This document shows positions 1-10,600 of a DNA stretch of 37,757 bases, one piece after another. The notes under the pieces were generated by a model that saw only the letters and a list, made by a program, of their open reading frames with translations, was not told where the DNA came from and made no database searches. The position numbers and the translations under genes were made by a program. The stretch spans positions 1 to 37,757 of the forward strand of contig CAXUUL010000072.1 in the NCBI GenBank assembly GCA_964255285.1. The letters run 5' to 3'. The stretch comes from Ionaspis alba. Its lineage: Eukaryota. Each line of letters begins with the position of its first letter. The first letter of the stretch is position 1.

Positions 1-15
1 ACTATTGTGACTGAC

Positions 16-192
16 CTTCCAAAATTGCTTACTTGCATCCTTTCCACCAACCCGCTTTATGATTTTTTGCCCGCCTGGATGCTCATCAATGAAGCCCGTC
101 ATGTCGTAAACACTACCATCGACGATGATATAGAGCCCTGTTTCCACGGTATTGTGGGCCGCAACTTCGGAGGGAGATATGGATTTGGACAT
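16..192 (-). CDS. Cytochrome b5-like heme-binding protein, first exon (gene continues off the left edge)
   Basis: Manual translation (not in ORF track): MSKSISPSEVAAHNTVETGLYIIVDGSVYDMTGFIDEHPGGQKIIKRVGGKDASKQFWK, then GTCAGT donor at 15. Contains the b5 signatures VYD and HPGG and the GKDAS motif. Confidence 0.88.
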
Positions 193-506
193 TTGGGGTT
201 CGCGAGCGACGAGAATCGGAGACAGGATAACGAGCGGATGTAGCTGCCCAATGATATATTACGCACAGGTGATAGAGAGGAAGGGACCGATAGGGAAGAA
301 TTGACAGGTAGCAACATGATGAAATGAGTCGGGCGACGTAAATGCGGAGAGTTAAGCCGAGGCACAAATTCGCGGCGGAGTAGCAACCAATCACGATCAA
401 GACATTTACACACCGGATAAATAATTGAAAGACATTATAATCTAGAAGCTGTGGGAAAGTCTATCATTCTATAAGAGATACACCAGCTCGTGCCCAATGC
501 CTCGAA

Positions 507-1812
507 TTATAGCTCATCACGACCGGCGTGATTAGGTCTCGCACTGTCCTTTCCCAGATCCACCCCAGTCTTCTTCCTCCACTTCTCCCACAATGCCCAG
601 AAGTCTTTCTCCATACGTTTGTCCATCTCGTCTGGGAGGACTACCGTGTATTCCACGTGTAAGGACCCGAACTCATCATGAACGTGACCTCGTTCCTTAT
701 CCCATATTGGCATTCCTTCTCCTTTCAGTATTTCAACAGTGTGAGGCTGCGTCACAACCCCTCTCTTCCTTGAGAGCTGCACGACATGCCCATCCAAATG
801 CGTCAGATTCCTCGTCCAATCTCCCATCCAAGCTTCTCTTAAGCTCAGTACCTCCTTCCAGAACAAGTCCTTATCTTTTCTCCGGAAAAAGGTCCCGTCA
901 ACTCGCTCCGCATCAGTATTCCCAAGCTCCGGTTCTTTCTCCAGCAAGTTGACCACCAAGTCCCCAGCGACCCAATCTGGGCTCGCGTCTGCCTCATTCT
1001 CATACACGACTCTCGCCCCCTTGAGAATACCCTTCTCCATGGTCAAAGTATGACTACTAACCTTCCTCACAACCCTCGATCCACCACAAACCTTACACGG
1101 TCTCTTGACTGTCTTCCCTTTCCCGCCACACCTATCGCATCCCATCTGCACCTGCTGAAATATACCCGGTGCAAGCATATGCTTTTGAATCACCATACCC
1201 CGCCCTCCACACTGACTACACGTATCCACCTCCCCATCCGCACTCCCCGTACCCTCGCACTCCTCGCAAATCTGCTGCTTCTCGACACTAAACTCATGCT
1301 CATTGCCGTTGTAGAAATCCCTTAGGGGAAGGTGCACATTGACCTCCATATCCGGACCTCTCCGCTGACCACCGCCATGGCCAAAGTGTCCGCCGCCGCC
1401 AAAAAATCGCGAGAAGAGATCGAAGGGGTCATGGTGTTGTTGGCCGCCACCTTGCTTGTGCTGCGCGAGCCCTTCATGCCCATATTGGTCGTAAATACGC
1501 CGTGTTTCGGGTGTGGAGAGGGCGTCGTAAGCTTCGGCGATTTCGACGAATTTCTTCTTCGAGGTCTCGTTGCCCCTGTAAGACACAGGGTCAGCCAAAG
1601 GGTCAGTTTGTCCAATCTGGATAGGAGAAGGGGCTGGAGGGTTGAGCATACGGATTTTTGTCTGGATGGAACTTCTTGCTGAGAGTACGATAGGCGCGCT
1701 TGATTTCCTTATCGGAAGCGGACTTGTCGATATGGAGGAGCTTATAGTAGTCTTCGGTGCAGAGTATTAGGGGTAGGATGTAGAACAGCAGGACTGCTGA
1801 GAGCCAGAGCAT
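507..1812 (-). CDS. SCJ1: ER-lumenal type I DnaJ/Hsp40 co-chaperone (Scj1-like); exons 1812-1652 and 1575-507
   Basis: Hydrophobic signal peptide, J-domain with HPDKN, G/F-rich linker, four CxxCxGxG-type zinc motifs, C-terminal RDEL retention signal. Intron 1651-1576 (GTATGC...GCTGAC...CAG) joins the two ORF-track fragments in frame. Confidence 0.92.
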
Positions 1813-2435
1813 TGTGTCGCCTCAGGTGAGCCCCGTGGGTAAGGAAGAAATGTCCTGATCGCCGCAACTCCTAGCCCATGGAGAAGAGTCGCAGAGGAAC
1901 AGAGTCAATGAAAATGACCGTAGAGTAACGGAGCTTGGCGCAAGGGTTAAATTATTTTGAAGCTAACGTGGCATCTATAATCTACGCGGAAGGGACGCCA
2001 AACCTTATTTATTTGTGCGGCGGGGCGTCCTGTAAACAAGACCCACCATTTTTACGGGCGGATGATCACGTGCGCCACGATGCGTTCGAACACAGAAAGT
2101 TTTGTATTTTTGTATCCTAGATCTTGAATTGTGATCAAGGGACCTATGAGGTAAGTGACAACCGCTGGCCAACCGAGATTTCCACTGCTAGCCCCACACG
2201 TTCTGTGCAAAATTCGCCAAAGCTAACCACAAATCCGGAAGGGCTCAGACAAAAGCTTGGATGACTTAATCTCTGAGTGGACTATACCTGTCCGCATCGA
2301 AGATTGCAACCTTTCGACATTGATGACAGAATTCACATGAAGCATGAGACGAAGTCCTTGATTAAGTTGTCTTGCTATGAGGACAGTTCAAGAAGCTTGA
2401 ATAGCATAGCCATGACTTCCTGACATGTAGCCACT

Positions 2436-3220
2436 CTAAAACACCAAAGCAGCACCCTTCGTCTTCTTATCACCACTAGAGCATAGTCAGCACTATCCTC
2501 TGGAAGACCCGACCTGGCCAAATATACGTACCCAAGCTCGAAATGTTTGCATCGCTTCAGCGCTAATTGCGCCTTCGTTTTGCAGGTCGTACACTCCAAT
2601 CTTAGCACCACCTTCTTTGTTGTCTTGGCCTTTTTGTGGAAAACAGGTTTCGTCTGACCACCGTAACCTGACTGTTTGCGATCGTATCGGCGCTTTCCTT
2701 GTGCGAATAGTGATGCCTGTGAGTTGCCCACCATCAGAATTGCCTTTGGAGAGGGAGCCATAACAGTCGTGTATCCTCACCTTTCCGGCCTTATATTGTG
2801 TAACCTTGTGCTGGGTGTGCTTTTTGCAGTCTTTGCCTTTGCAGTACGTCCGCCGGGTTTTCGGTACGTTGACCTAGTGGTTTGCCCATAATTAGCAACT
2901 GCTTTAACGACAACTTAATTTGGTAGTCCCTAGTAGAGATGTGAGTATAGGCTTCGAGGGCGTTTCGAGGTCAAAGCTGCAACGTCGAGCATTCCCTGTA
3001 CAGCTCTTGCTCAGATCTGCTTCCTGAGATCGCACCGTTTGCTTGATGATGAGTGATAGAATCGCAAGACAAATCCGTGACCCACGCCCTTCATATTGAT
3101 GGTCAAGTTGTCGCTGGGCGATTGCCCTCGATTTGGCCCAGCTGTCGTTGAATACCGTACCATCCTTTTCCCTTCTATAATAGGTCCATCGTGGATATGA
3201 AGGGAGAATCTGCTTACCAT
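2436..3220 (-). CDS. RPL42: 60S ribosomal protein eL42 (L42/L44/L36a), 106 aa; exons 3220-3218 (ATG only), 2873-2781, 2716-2532, 2475-2436
   Basis: Spliced translation [106 protein letters not shown]. Exons total 321 nt; all three introns are GT-AG. Confidence 0.97.
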
Positions 3221-3348
3221 CTTGGCTGAATATGGTCTCCTGGTGCTCGAAGTGAGATGTCTGAATTTGCCCCGTGGTCGTGATGTCTATCACATCGTGA
3301 AATGTGGGATGCTCGCTTAGTTCACTCTAGCGCTTGACAAGACTAGCG

Positions 3349-3356
3349 TGACTCAT
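3349..3356. promoter_or_regulatory. Gcn4/CpcA (AP-1-like) element TGACTCAT about 130 bp upstream of the eL42 start
   Basis: Exact TGACTCAT in the eL42 upstream region. A single 8-mer can occur by chance. Confidence 0.25.
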
Positions 3357-3585
3357 CCATTGTCTACAATTATCCAATCGAAGCGCTTCGGCAAAGACCA
3401 ATGCTCTCTCGATCTGAAAGAGCTCTGTTTCTTCGATGTTTTACTTTTCGAAAATTGATGCATTTTCTCGTTATTCCAAAAGTCTTTCATGTCTAAGTAA
3501 GAGTCCCATAAGACCGTTTCAATTCAACCAAAACACCGTCTCTAATCTGCATCTATGCGCGCAATGCAAGTATCGGTTGACCAGT

Positions 3586-4749
3586 TCACTGACTCGCAGA
3601 ACTTGGTTTAGCGGTAGCCTCTACAGGGAAGCCTTTCCCCAGCCGTATCGTCTCCCCTCCACCATACCAGAGCGTACCCATCCGGAAGTCCAAGCCTTTT
3701 TCCTGGCCGACAATCCATTCTCCACCTGGCGGAACGTTATGTGCCTCCGTCGGCCAATACTTCTCTCGCAACCATCTGTTGATGTTTTCTAGAATATCGA
3801 CCCAGCTTCTCATCTTCTCTGCATCAAAACTCTTGGGTTGAACTCGTTTAGATCCGGTCACGAATCCAGTACCACCACCGGGAAGGGGAAATTCTTCGTT
3901 CTCACTCTCGGAGTATTCTTCGCCGTAGTTGCTTTGAAAGTCGTCCTGGCATATGAAGCGGGCAATGGTCAGATGAGCTGAGGGAACCGTATAGCGAGAA
4001 GCAACCTCAACGCCAGTACTTTTGCATAGACAGTAGATGTCCCGACGCAGATGATGGTAAGTGTACTGATCATCCACGTTCGATTTACCTTCTCCAGCAG
4101 CCGGAACAAAGCTCAGAGCCACCGCGGAGGCATCGTAACTTAGCATTGGCTTGATAAGTCTGGCGCGATGATCAAAGGGATAGTCTGTGATATCCTGAGC
4201 TTTAGGTCGTACAGTCTCCACAAGCGCTCGGATCTCAGAATCTTTCAATGAATGTGTAATCTCAAGCGTGGTCATGTGCAAACAATCGGGATGCATGAAC
4301 CAAAGATCTGATAGACTTAGCATGTTGGTTCGATATCTGCAATATCGAAAACTAACTTGGAGCTGCGGCACGTAGTTTCAATTGCAGTTCATGTATAAGC
4401 TCCCGGATTGTTGAGGGTGGACGAGCCCAAAACACCAGACAGTGTCTCTCGTCCCTGAAGTTGGGGTATTTCCACGGATTGATAAGCTTCTCCAAGGTGG
4501 AATCGATGTCGACAGCAGCGAATCCGGGAGCCGTGAGTCTAGCCTTCTGCTGCTTATTTCTGGCATCACGGTGGGTATTATATCGTTCCTGAATTTGGCT
4601 CTATAGAATTTTTAGGTCCTCGACTGTCTTCGGAATAGGAGATGGAGTACCGCATCACCATGACAAACATCTATGAGTGCATTGTAGGGATTACCCGAAC
4701 CGATATCACCTATTCCCGAGAGATCTACAAACTCATTCTGGCTATGCAT
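3586..4749 (-). CDS. 2H phosphoesterase (LigT/cyclic-nucleotide phosphodiesterase-like) protein; exons 4749-4651, 4600-4357, 4307-3586
   Basis: Two HxT motifs (CLHMTTLE, SAHLTIARF). Upstream exons splice in frame: MHSQNEF...NPYNALIDVC, then ...DERHCLVFWARPP. Confidence 0.8.
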
Positions 4750-5697
4750 TTTGGATTGCGAGGGGATAGTCAGCAGCGGGAACGAGTGTCGACAAAGCCC
4801 TGGTAGCCGAAACTAGCCAGTCGCTAAAGCTAGTCCTATTTTAGATTGACTACCCAAGGTCTCGCGAAAGGTGTTTACTATATAAATGTACAATCTTTGG
4901 CTGGCTAAGGCTTTCTTGCGTATGGGTAGCAGCCATTATCTGAAAATCAACCACAACACTTCTGATTACCTCACCTTTATAAACAGTTGTGATATCGTCC
5001 CCGGGCTTGGGATTTTATGTAGCATTTTAGATTTCTAGATTCAAATTGGACAGCCTAAGCAAATACGATTGGGGTGCTTTGGGAAGTGCCGCCGATACTC
5101 TCCAAAACTAAGTACAACGAGTCACTCGTCTTCGTCAATAACTCATGCAGAGTAGAGTCATGGATTATGATAATTCAGACGGATCTTGAAGACTGGCGAT
5201 CTTTTAGCTTAATCTTGCCCTCCATTTCGAAGGATCATCATCCAAAAGGCAAGCCAGCAAAGATGAGTGCAAGGCAATGACCGATGACATCTCCAGTATA
5301 TGTATAGCGCTTAGAACAGAACCGTCGGTTTTCGGATTCTGAAAAGGGAAGAAAGGCATAGGATCCTGCTCGTTAATCTCGGTGAGCTACCTTGAGTCTG
5401 TTAGGAAATCTAAGACAGAACGCTCTAGTCAATTGTCACCTTCCCATTGGCCGTAAATCGACGAATGCCGACCACGTTGCGAGTACAAGTCATTAGTGCG
5501 GTGGTTGGTTTAGATTAAGCTGGAGTTTTTGCGGTGTAAGGGGTCAATCTGTACACAGTCCGTCTGCCACTTCCCTGCCCTCAATTGATACTCGGGTAGG
5601 CCAGGAGTCAGTCGGGGACACGTTGGCCCTTCTCCGTAGTGCCCACCTGAGTAATTAACTCAATCTCTTCACACCTGGGTCACAAGTTGTCCATGCC

Positions 5698-5990
5698 TCA
5701 ACTGCCAGCAAACCTCTGCTTCCCTGCATCAAAGAGCTGTTGTAACCTTCGCTGTCTAGATCTTTTCCTCTCTGCTTCGATGTGACTTGGCTCTCTCTTC
5801 TTTAGTTTGATTGTTCTCTCATAATGACGCCTTACCTGTTTGAGCCTACGGCGAACACGCCTAGCATAGCGGGTACAGCCGAAGCCTCGACACGCGCGAG
5901 AGCAATTCAACATCGCGTCGTCCTCGACCTCATTCCATTCTCGTGTCGTCGTCGAGAGGGCTGTTGTACCTTTTGTTCTCCAATATAGCC
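5698..5990 (-). pseudogene. Possible decayed Myb/SANT-like ORF
   Basis: Frame reads EWNEVEDDAML...GCTRYARRVRRRLKQVRRHY, matching Myb spacing W-x3-ED-x3-L ... IA ... KQCR-x2-W. The second Trp position is Cys (TGT). An in-frame stop lies about 20 codons upstream of the first Trp with no start in between. Confidence 0.3.
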
Positions 5991-6694
5991 CCGTTCATTG
6001 CTTTGGTGGCCGCGATGTTGGCTTTGAATCTTTTCCACTGAATTTATAGTATGTTCACTCTCACTATGCTAACAGCATCCTTCAATATCTTTACCTACGT
6101 TGTTAGAATGTGTTGCTGCTGCCCAATCGTTCTCATTGGATGTTTGAGAATGCTCGATACCGAAGAATGGAGCTTGCTGATACTTTTTTTTTAGTATGAA
6201 TCATTGGCTTTTCCAATCGCTTCTCTTTTGGATCTTCTCAATGTTTGATTCCCACACTGGCAGTTGAGAAACAGTCCTAGAGGACTTGCTCATGTTAGCC
6301 CCAACAGCTCGCTCAATCGAGCATATATCTTACTCTCTCTTCCTGGTGGCACTCAAACCTGTATATTATGAGTCCTCGAACCAATCGTCGCTCTATCCAG
6401 ACCGATGACTCTGGTCCTCAACGTACCGGGCTACGGCAAGAAGGTTCCTTGTCGCAAGCAGGTCAGTAACCTCCTGTTCATGCTATGACCAACAGACTTA
6501 CATCGAACTCTGAGAAAAGTAGCCATCTAGAACTCATCAATGTCGACAGCGGATCCGATGGATGAGGGTGGGGTGGCTGTACGAGATAGATTCAGCGGCA
6601 CCGACAAGGAGAATGACACGATTAGCCTGGCAGCTCCTCGACTGCTTGAAGGAGGGTATACATCGTGATGGAGGGTCTGGCCGACGAAAGCCTG

Positions 6695-6794
6695 NNNNNN
6701 NNNNNNNNNNNNNNNNNNNNNNNNNNNNNNNNNNNNNNNNNNNNNNNNNNNNNNNNNNNNNNNNNNNNNNNNNNNNNNNNNNNNNNNNNNNNNN
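6695..6794. other. Assembly gap (100 N)
   Basis: Run of 100 N. Confidence 0.99.
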
Positions 6795-7650
6795 CTGTGT
6801 GTTGCTTGTGAGTCAAATAGTCTTTCTATACGAGTCCTGCCACGAATATATTCCACTCCATCGGGCCGATACCACGAGTCGTGCCTCTATCCTCCACTCT
6901 TATGTCCACACCATACCGTGGCCACGCTTTGTGTCTATCAGTCTCGTGCTGTCTGTACCAGTCAGAGAGCTTGTCTTGTGATGGAGGCAGAGGGATTGTC
7001 ACCAAATGTCTATGTGCTATTTTCTGCTCAAATCTGGACACACGACGAAACGCGCTTCCTGTTGCTGTCATAGCCGAGGGAGCAGCCAAATCCATGATAG
7101 GCTAGGCGCGGGCTTCTGGATCCCACAAAAACATCACTGTGATTTCCTTCCACACCTTTCTCTCATCTCACCAAACACCACCTTGCTTGCTTAGAGCTAG
7201 ATCCCACATAAATTTGCGCACGAAGCTGCAGCATTGCGAGCTTTTCTCTTCAACTACACTCGTCCTGCTATTGCAGCATATTGCTCCAGTTTTCGATTGA
7301 CAAGTACAGTTTCCCATCTTTAACGTTTCTACCACTGCATCAACACTTCCCTGTCGACTCAACAGCTGTTGAGCAGACTTGCACACACGATGCAGCATCG
7401 TCTATGTCTCAACAATTGTGCCAAACTTGTTGCCTGTTCATCTGTGCTGATCGCATTAATTTTCGGAGCCTTACTAATATTTGGGCATCACAGTTCCTCG
7501 GTCGCTTCCAAAGCTCTCAATTGCTCAAGGTCAGCATTGCCCGCCAGAGCTCCACCATAGAGCAGTCCACCAAGAGAAGTCATAAAGCCTGCGTCAAGAA
7601 ATCTCGCGTCGAATACTGAAAGTCGCGAGTCATAATCTGAATCTGTGACC

Positions 7651-10600
7651 ATGCCTCGAGCTTCTGCTGTGCGCGTCAAGACTGGCTCAGGCCCTGCTGG
7701 TGTTGAGGACGTTTCAGCGCGCCGGTCACTTAGATCAAAGAAGCCCGTGCAGTACAAGCCGTCCATGAATCTTTGTGCAAACTCAGATGACGACGATGGT
7801 GATTCTGGCAGCTTGGCCGACTTCTCGAGGCCAGCGACTGACGATGAGGATACTTCCCTGACCAGCACATCCTCGAGTCACAGCGACTCCAAGCAGAAAC
7901 CGAAGTCTGCTGAGAAACGCAGTGCGACTGTGGCAGAGGATGGTGCCATCCACCCGCTCGCAAAACGAGCCCGAGCGGCAGCTGCAGAGTCTCAATCGAG
8001 AGGAGCATCTGTACGAGCCCACTCTGGTTGGAAAACAACGGACGGGCTCAACTTGCACTTGCCGCCAATCAACGATATCGCGTCAATCTTTGCTGACATG
8101 ACGGAGAGAGCTTTGGGGTTGGGTCTTCGATCGGCATTGGAACATCTCGGGACTCGTAAATTGAATGTCGCCACTATGTGCTCTGGAACTGAAAGTCCAA
8201 TGCTGGCCTTGGAGATGATTTGCGACCGTATGCGATGCATCTACCCTAGTCCCAAATAAAGCTGACCAAGGCCTTCCAGATTTGGCGAGTTCTGGACACC
8301 AGCTTCGGATCAATCACGTGTTTAGTGCCGAGATCGAGCCTTTCAAGCAGGCCTATATAGAACGAAACTTCAGGCCTAAGATTCTCTTTCGCGACATCGA
8401 GGAAATTGCTTATGTCGATCAGGCGTAAGTCATAAAATTTGATACCTATTATTCAAATACTAACACAAATATATAGGTCGACTGCGTACGGAGCACCAAC
8501 ATCTGTTCCACCGCCTGGGTCTGTCGACCTTCTCGTTGCTGGATTCGCTTGTGTTGATTACTCAAATCTGAACAACAAGAAAAAGATTAGCATAGAGAAA
8601 AACTTCGCTAAGAAGGGTACGACCAAGAAGAAGGGCTGTAAAGCTTCCGCTATTCCGCAAGGATGCGAGGCTTCAGTGGACCAAAAGAGCTCTCCGGATG
8701 GTGAGGGCACGGGATCCAAAAAGGCGTCGGGAGAGACGAAAGACGTAGTGGACTTGGAAGCTCAAGAAGCTAAAGAAACTGGGGAATCGTCAGCGACGTT
8801 CCAATTCATTGTGGACTATATCGACAAATACCGTCCGCCCGTCATTATCCTTGAGAACGTTGTCGGTGCCCCTTGGACCTACGTCTGCGACAAGCTGAGA
8901 TCGAAGGCTTATTTGCCTCTTCATCACAAGCTCGATACCAAGAAATACTATCTGCCTCACACACGACAGCGTATTTACTTGATCGCGGTTGACGTGAAAG
9001 ACTTGAAGACAAAGGAGCTTGAGTGCGCACAGGATGCAAAGAATAAGTGGCTTGAGCTTATGGGAAAGCTCGAACGCCCCGCAAGCTCTCCCGTCGAGGC
9101 ATTCCTGTTGGACGAGCTCGATCCTCGACTTCACAGAGCTCGGGTAGCAATCTCGAGAGGTCAAGACGAAGATGAGTATGCCCAGCGAGATGTAGAGTGG
9201 TCAAAATGCCAAGGTCGACATCTAAAAACCCGTAATGATGACCATCTTGGCAGTGGACGACCAGTCACTGAGTGGATCGAGAACGGACCAAGCCGGATGG
9301 TGGATTATGGGGATGCGGTTTGGACGAAAAGACAAGTTCCTCGCGTCAAGGACACTCTTGACATCTCGTTCTTGAGGGCGGCCAGACGAGGATACGATGA
9401 TGGTTATAAGCCGTACGTGTTACTAATCAAATTTTTGGAACCTTTGCTTACCACTTCGCAGGAGATTTCCGGACTTGTCGCAAAATGTGGACCGCAACAG
9501 CGACAATGCACCCTGGGGGATTACCGGATGCATAACGCCTATGGGAATTCCATACTCGACATTTAGAGGCGGCCCGCTCGTTGGGCTTGAAGCTCTGGCC
9601 ATGCAAGGCTTACCCATCGATAGACTTTATCTTACACGAGAAAGTCAAAGGAACCTCCAGGATCTCGCAGGGAACGCCATGACCTCCACGGTCGTTGGTG
9701 CTGCGATTCTGAGTGCACTCGTCTCTTGTCACATGTTCATCAAAACTTCCGATTCGGTCGGTTTGGTGGACTCGGCACCCACCGTGCGCCGGCTTAAGAA
9801 ACCCGCGGAGACGCCTGTTGGAGGGCAGGATGAGGAGCTGAGTTCTGAACTCAGTGCAGAGCAGCTTCAAAAGCGGATTGAGCAGCAATTTCGAAAGAAG
9901 GATAAAGAGCAACTCCATGCAAAAGCACTCAATTTCGGTCCCAGCCAAGTGGTTCCCGTCAGTGTGTTGCAAGCAGTGGCGAGCAACAGCGTGCGTCGTT
10001 GTCTGTGCGAGGGACAATTCTCAAACACTACCAGAATCATCTACAAGTGCAAGAAATGCGCCCATACAGTCTGCCAGAAATGCCGAGGAATACCCAAACA
10101 TTCTTACGTTGAGCTCGGTGCGGAAGAGAGCGCTTCTCGTGCACCTCCCCAGGCTTTCGTCAGCTTGATAAAGAAGGCTTTACCCACAGAACTGACGATA
10201 GCGAATCTCTCATGGTCAAGTTTCGAAGCGGCATACGATGAGCAGCATCCAATCTCGGGTGATCGAGATCTCTATCAAACAGCTTTGCAACCAGCCTTCG
10301 ATGACCAATTTCGGTTCCATTCAGTAATCCGCTCAGAGATCTGGTCGATCTGGTACGAAGCGTCGCACGCCAGGCTAGAGCTTCGTTTCTGTGGTGGGAT
10401 CTTCCGATGGAAGTTGTACGTGAAGCCTGCAGCTTCCGAGCCAGCCAATGCCAGAATACGACAGCTCTTGAAGCAACCAATTGCACACATGATTGTTGAG
10501 GGTGAGAGTCTTCTGGATGGCAGCTGGAAACTCTGCCTACCAAAAACCACCTCACTACCAATTGACATCTCTGGAAGAGGCTCGCTAGTCAGTTCATGGA

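Noticed and set aside
1960..2080. UPRE/HacA-like ACGTGGC and CACGTG upstream of SCJ1
   Set aside because: Biologically plausible, but the matches are short and imperfect, so they cannot be supported without conservation data.
4790..5060. TpA-rich intergenic DNA as a possible RIP-mutated repeat (also about 15600-16050)
   Set aside because: Enrichment is mild by eye, CpA/TpG are still present and no repeat partner is visible; RIP indices were not computed.
6368..6670. Apparent spliced mini-gene (donor GTCAGT at about 6462, acceptors at about 6495 and 6530)
   Set aside because: All tested splice and frame combinations end in stops within a few dozen codons with no recognisable domain, and the adjacent gap prevents resolution.
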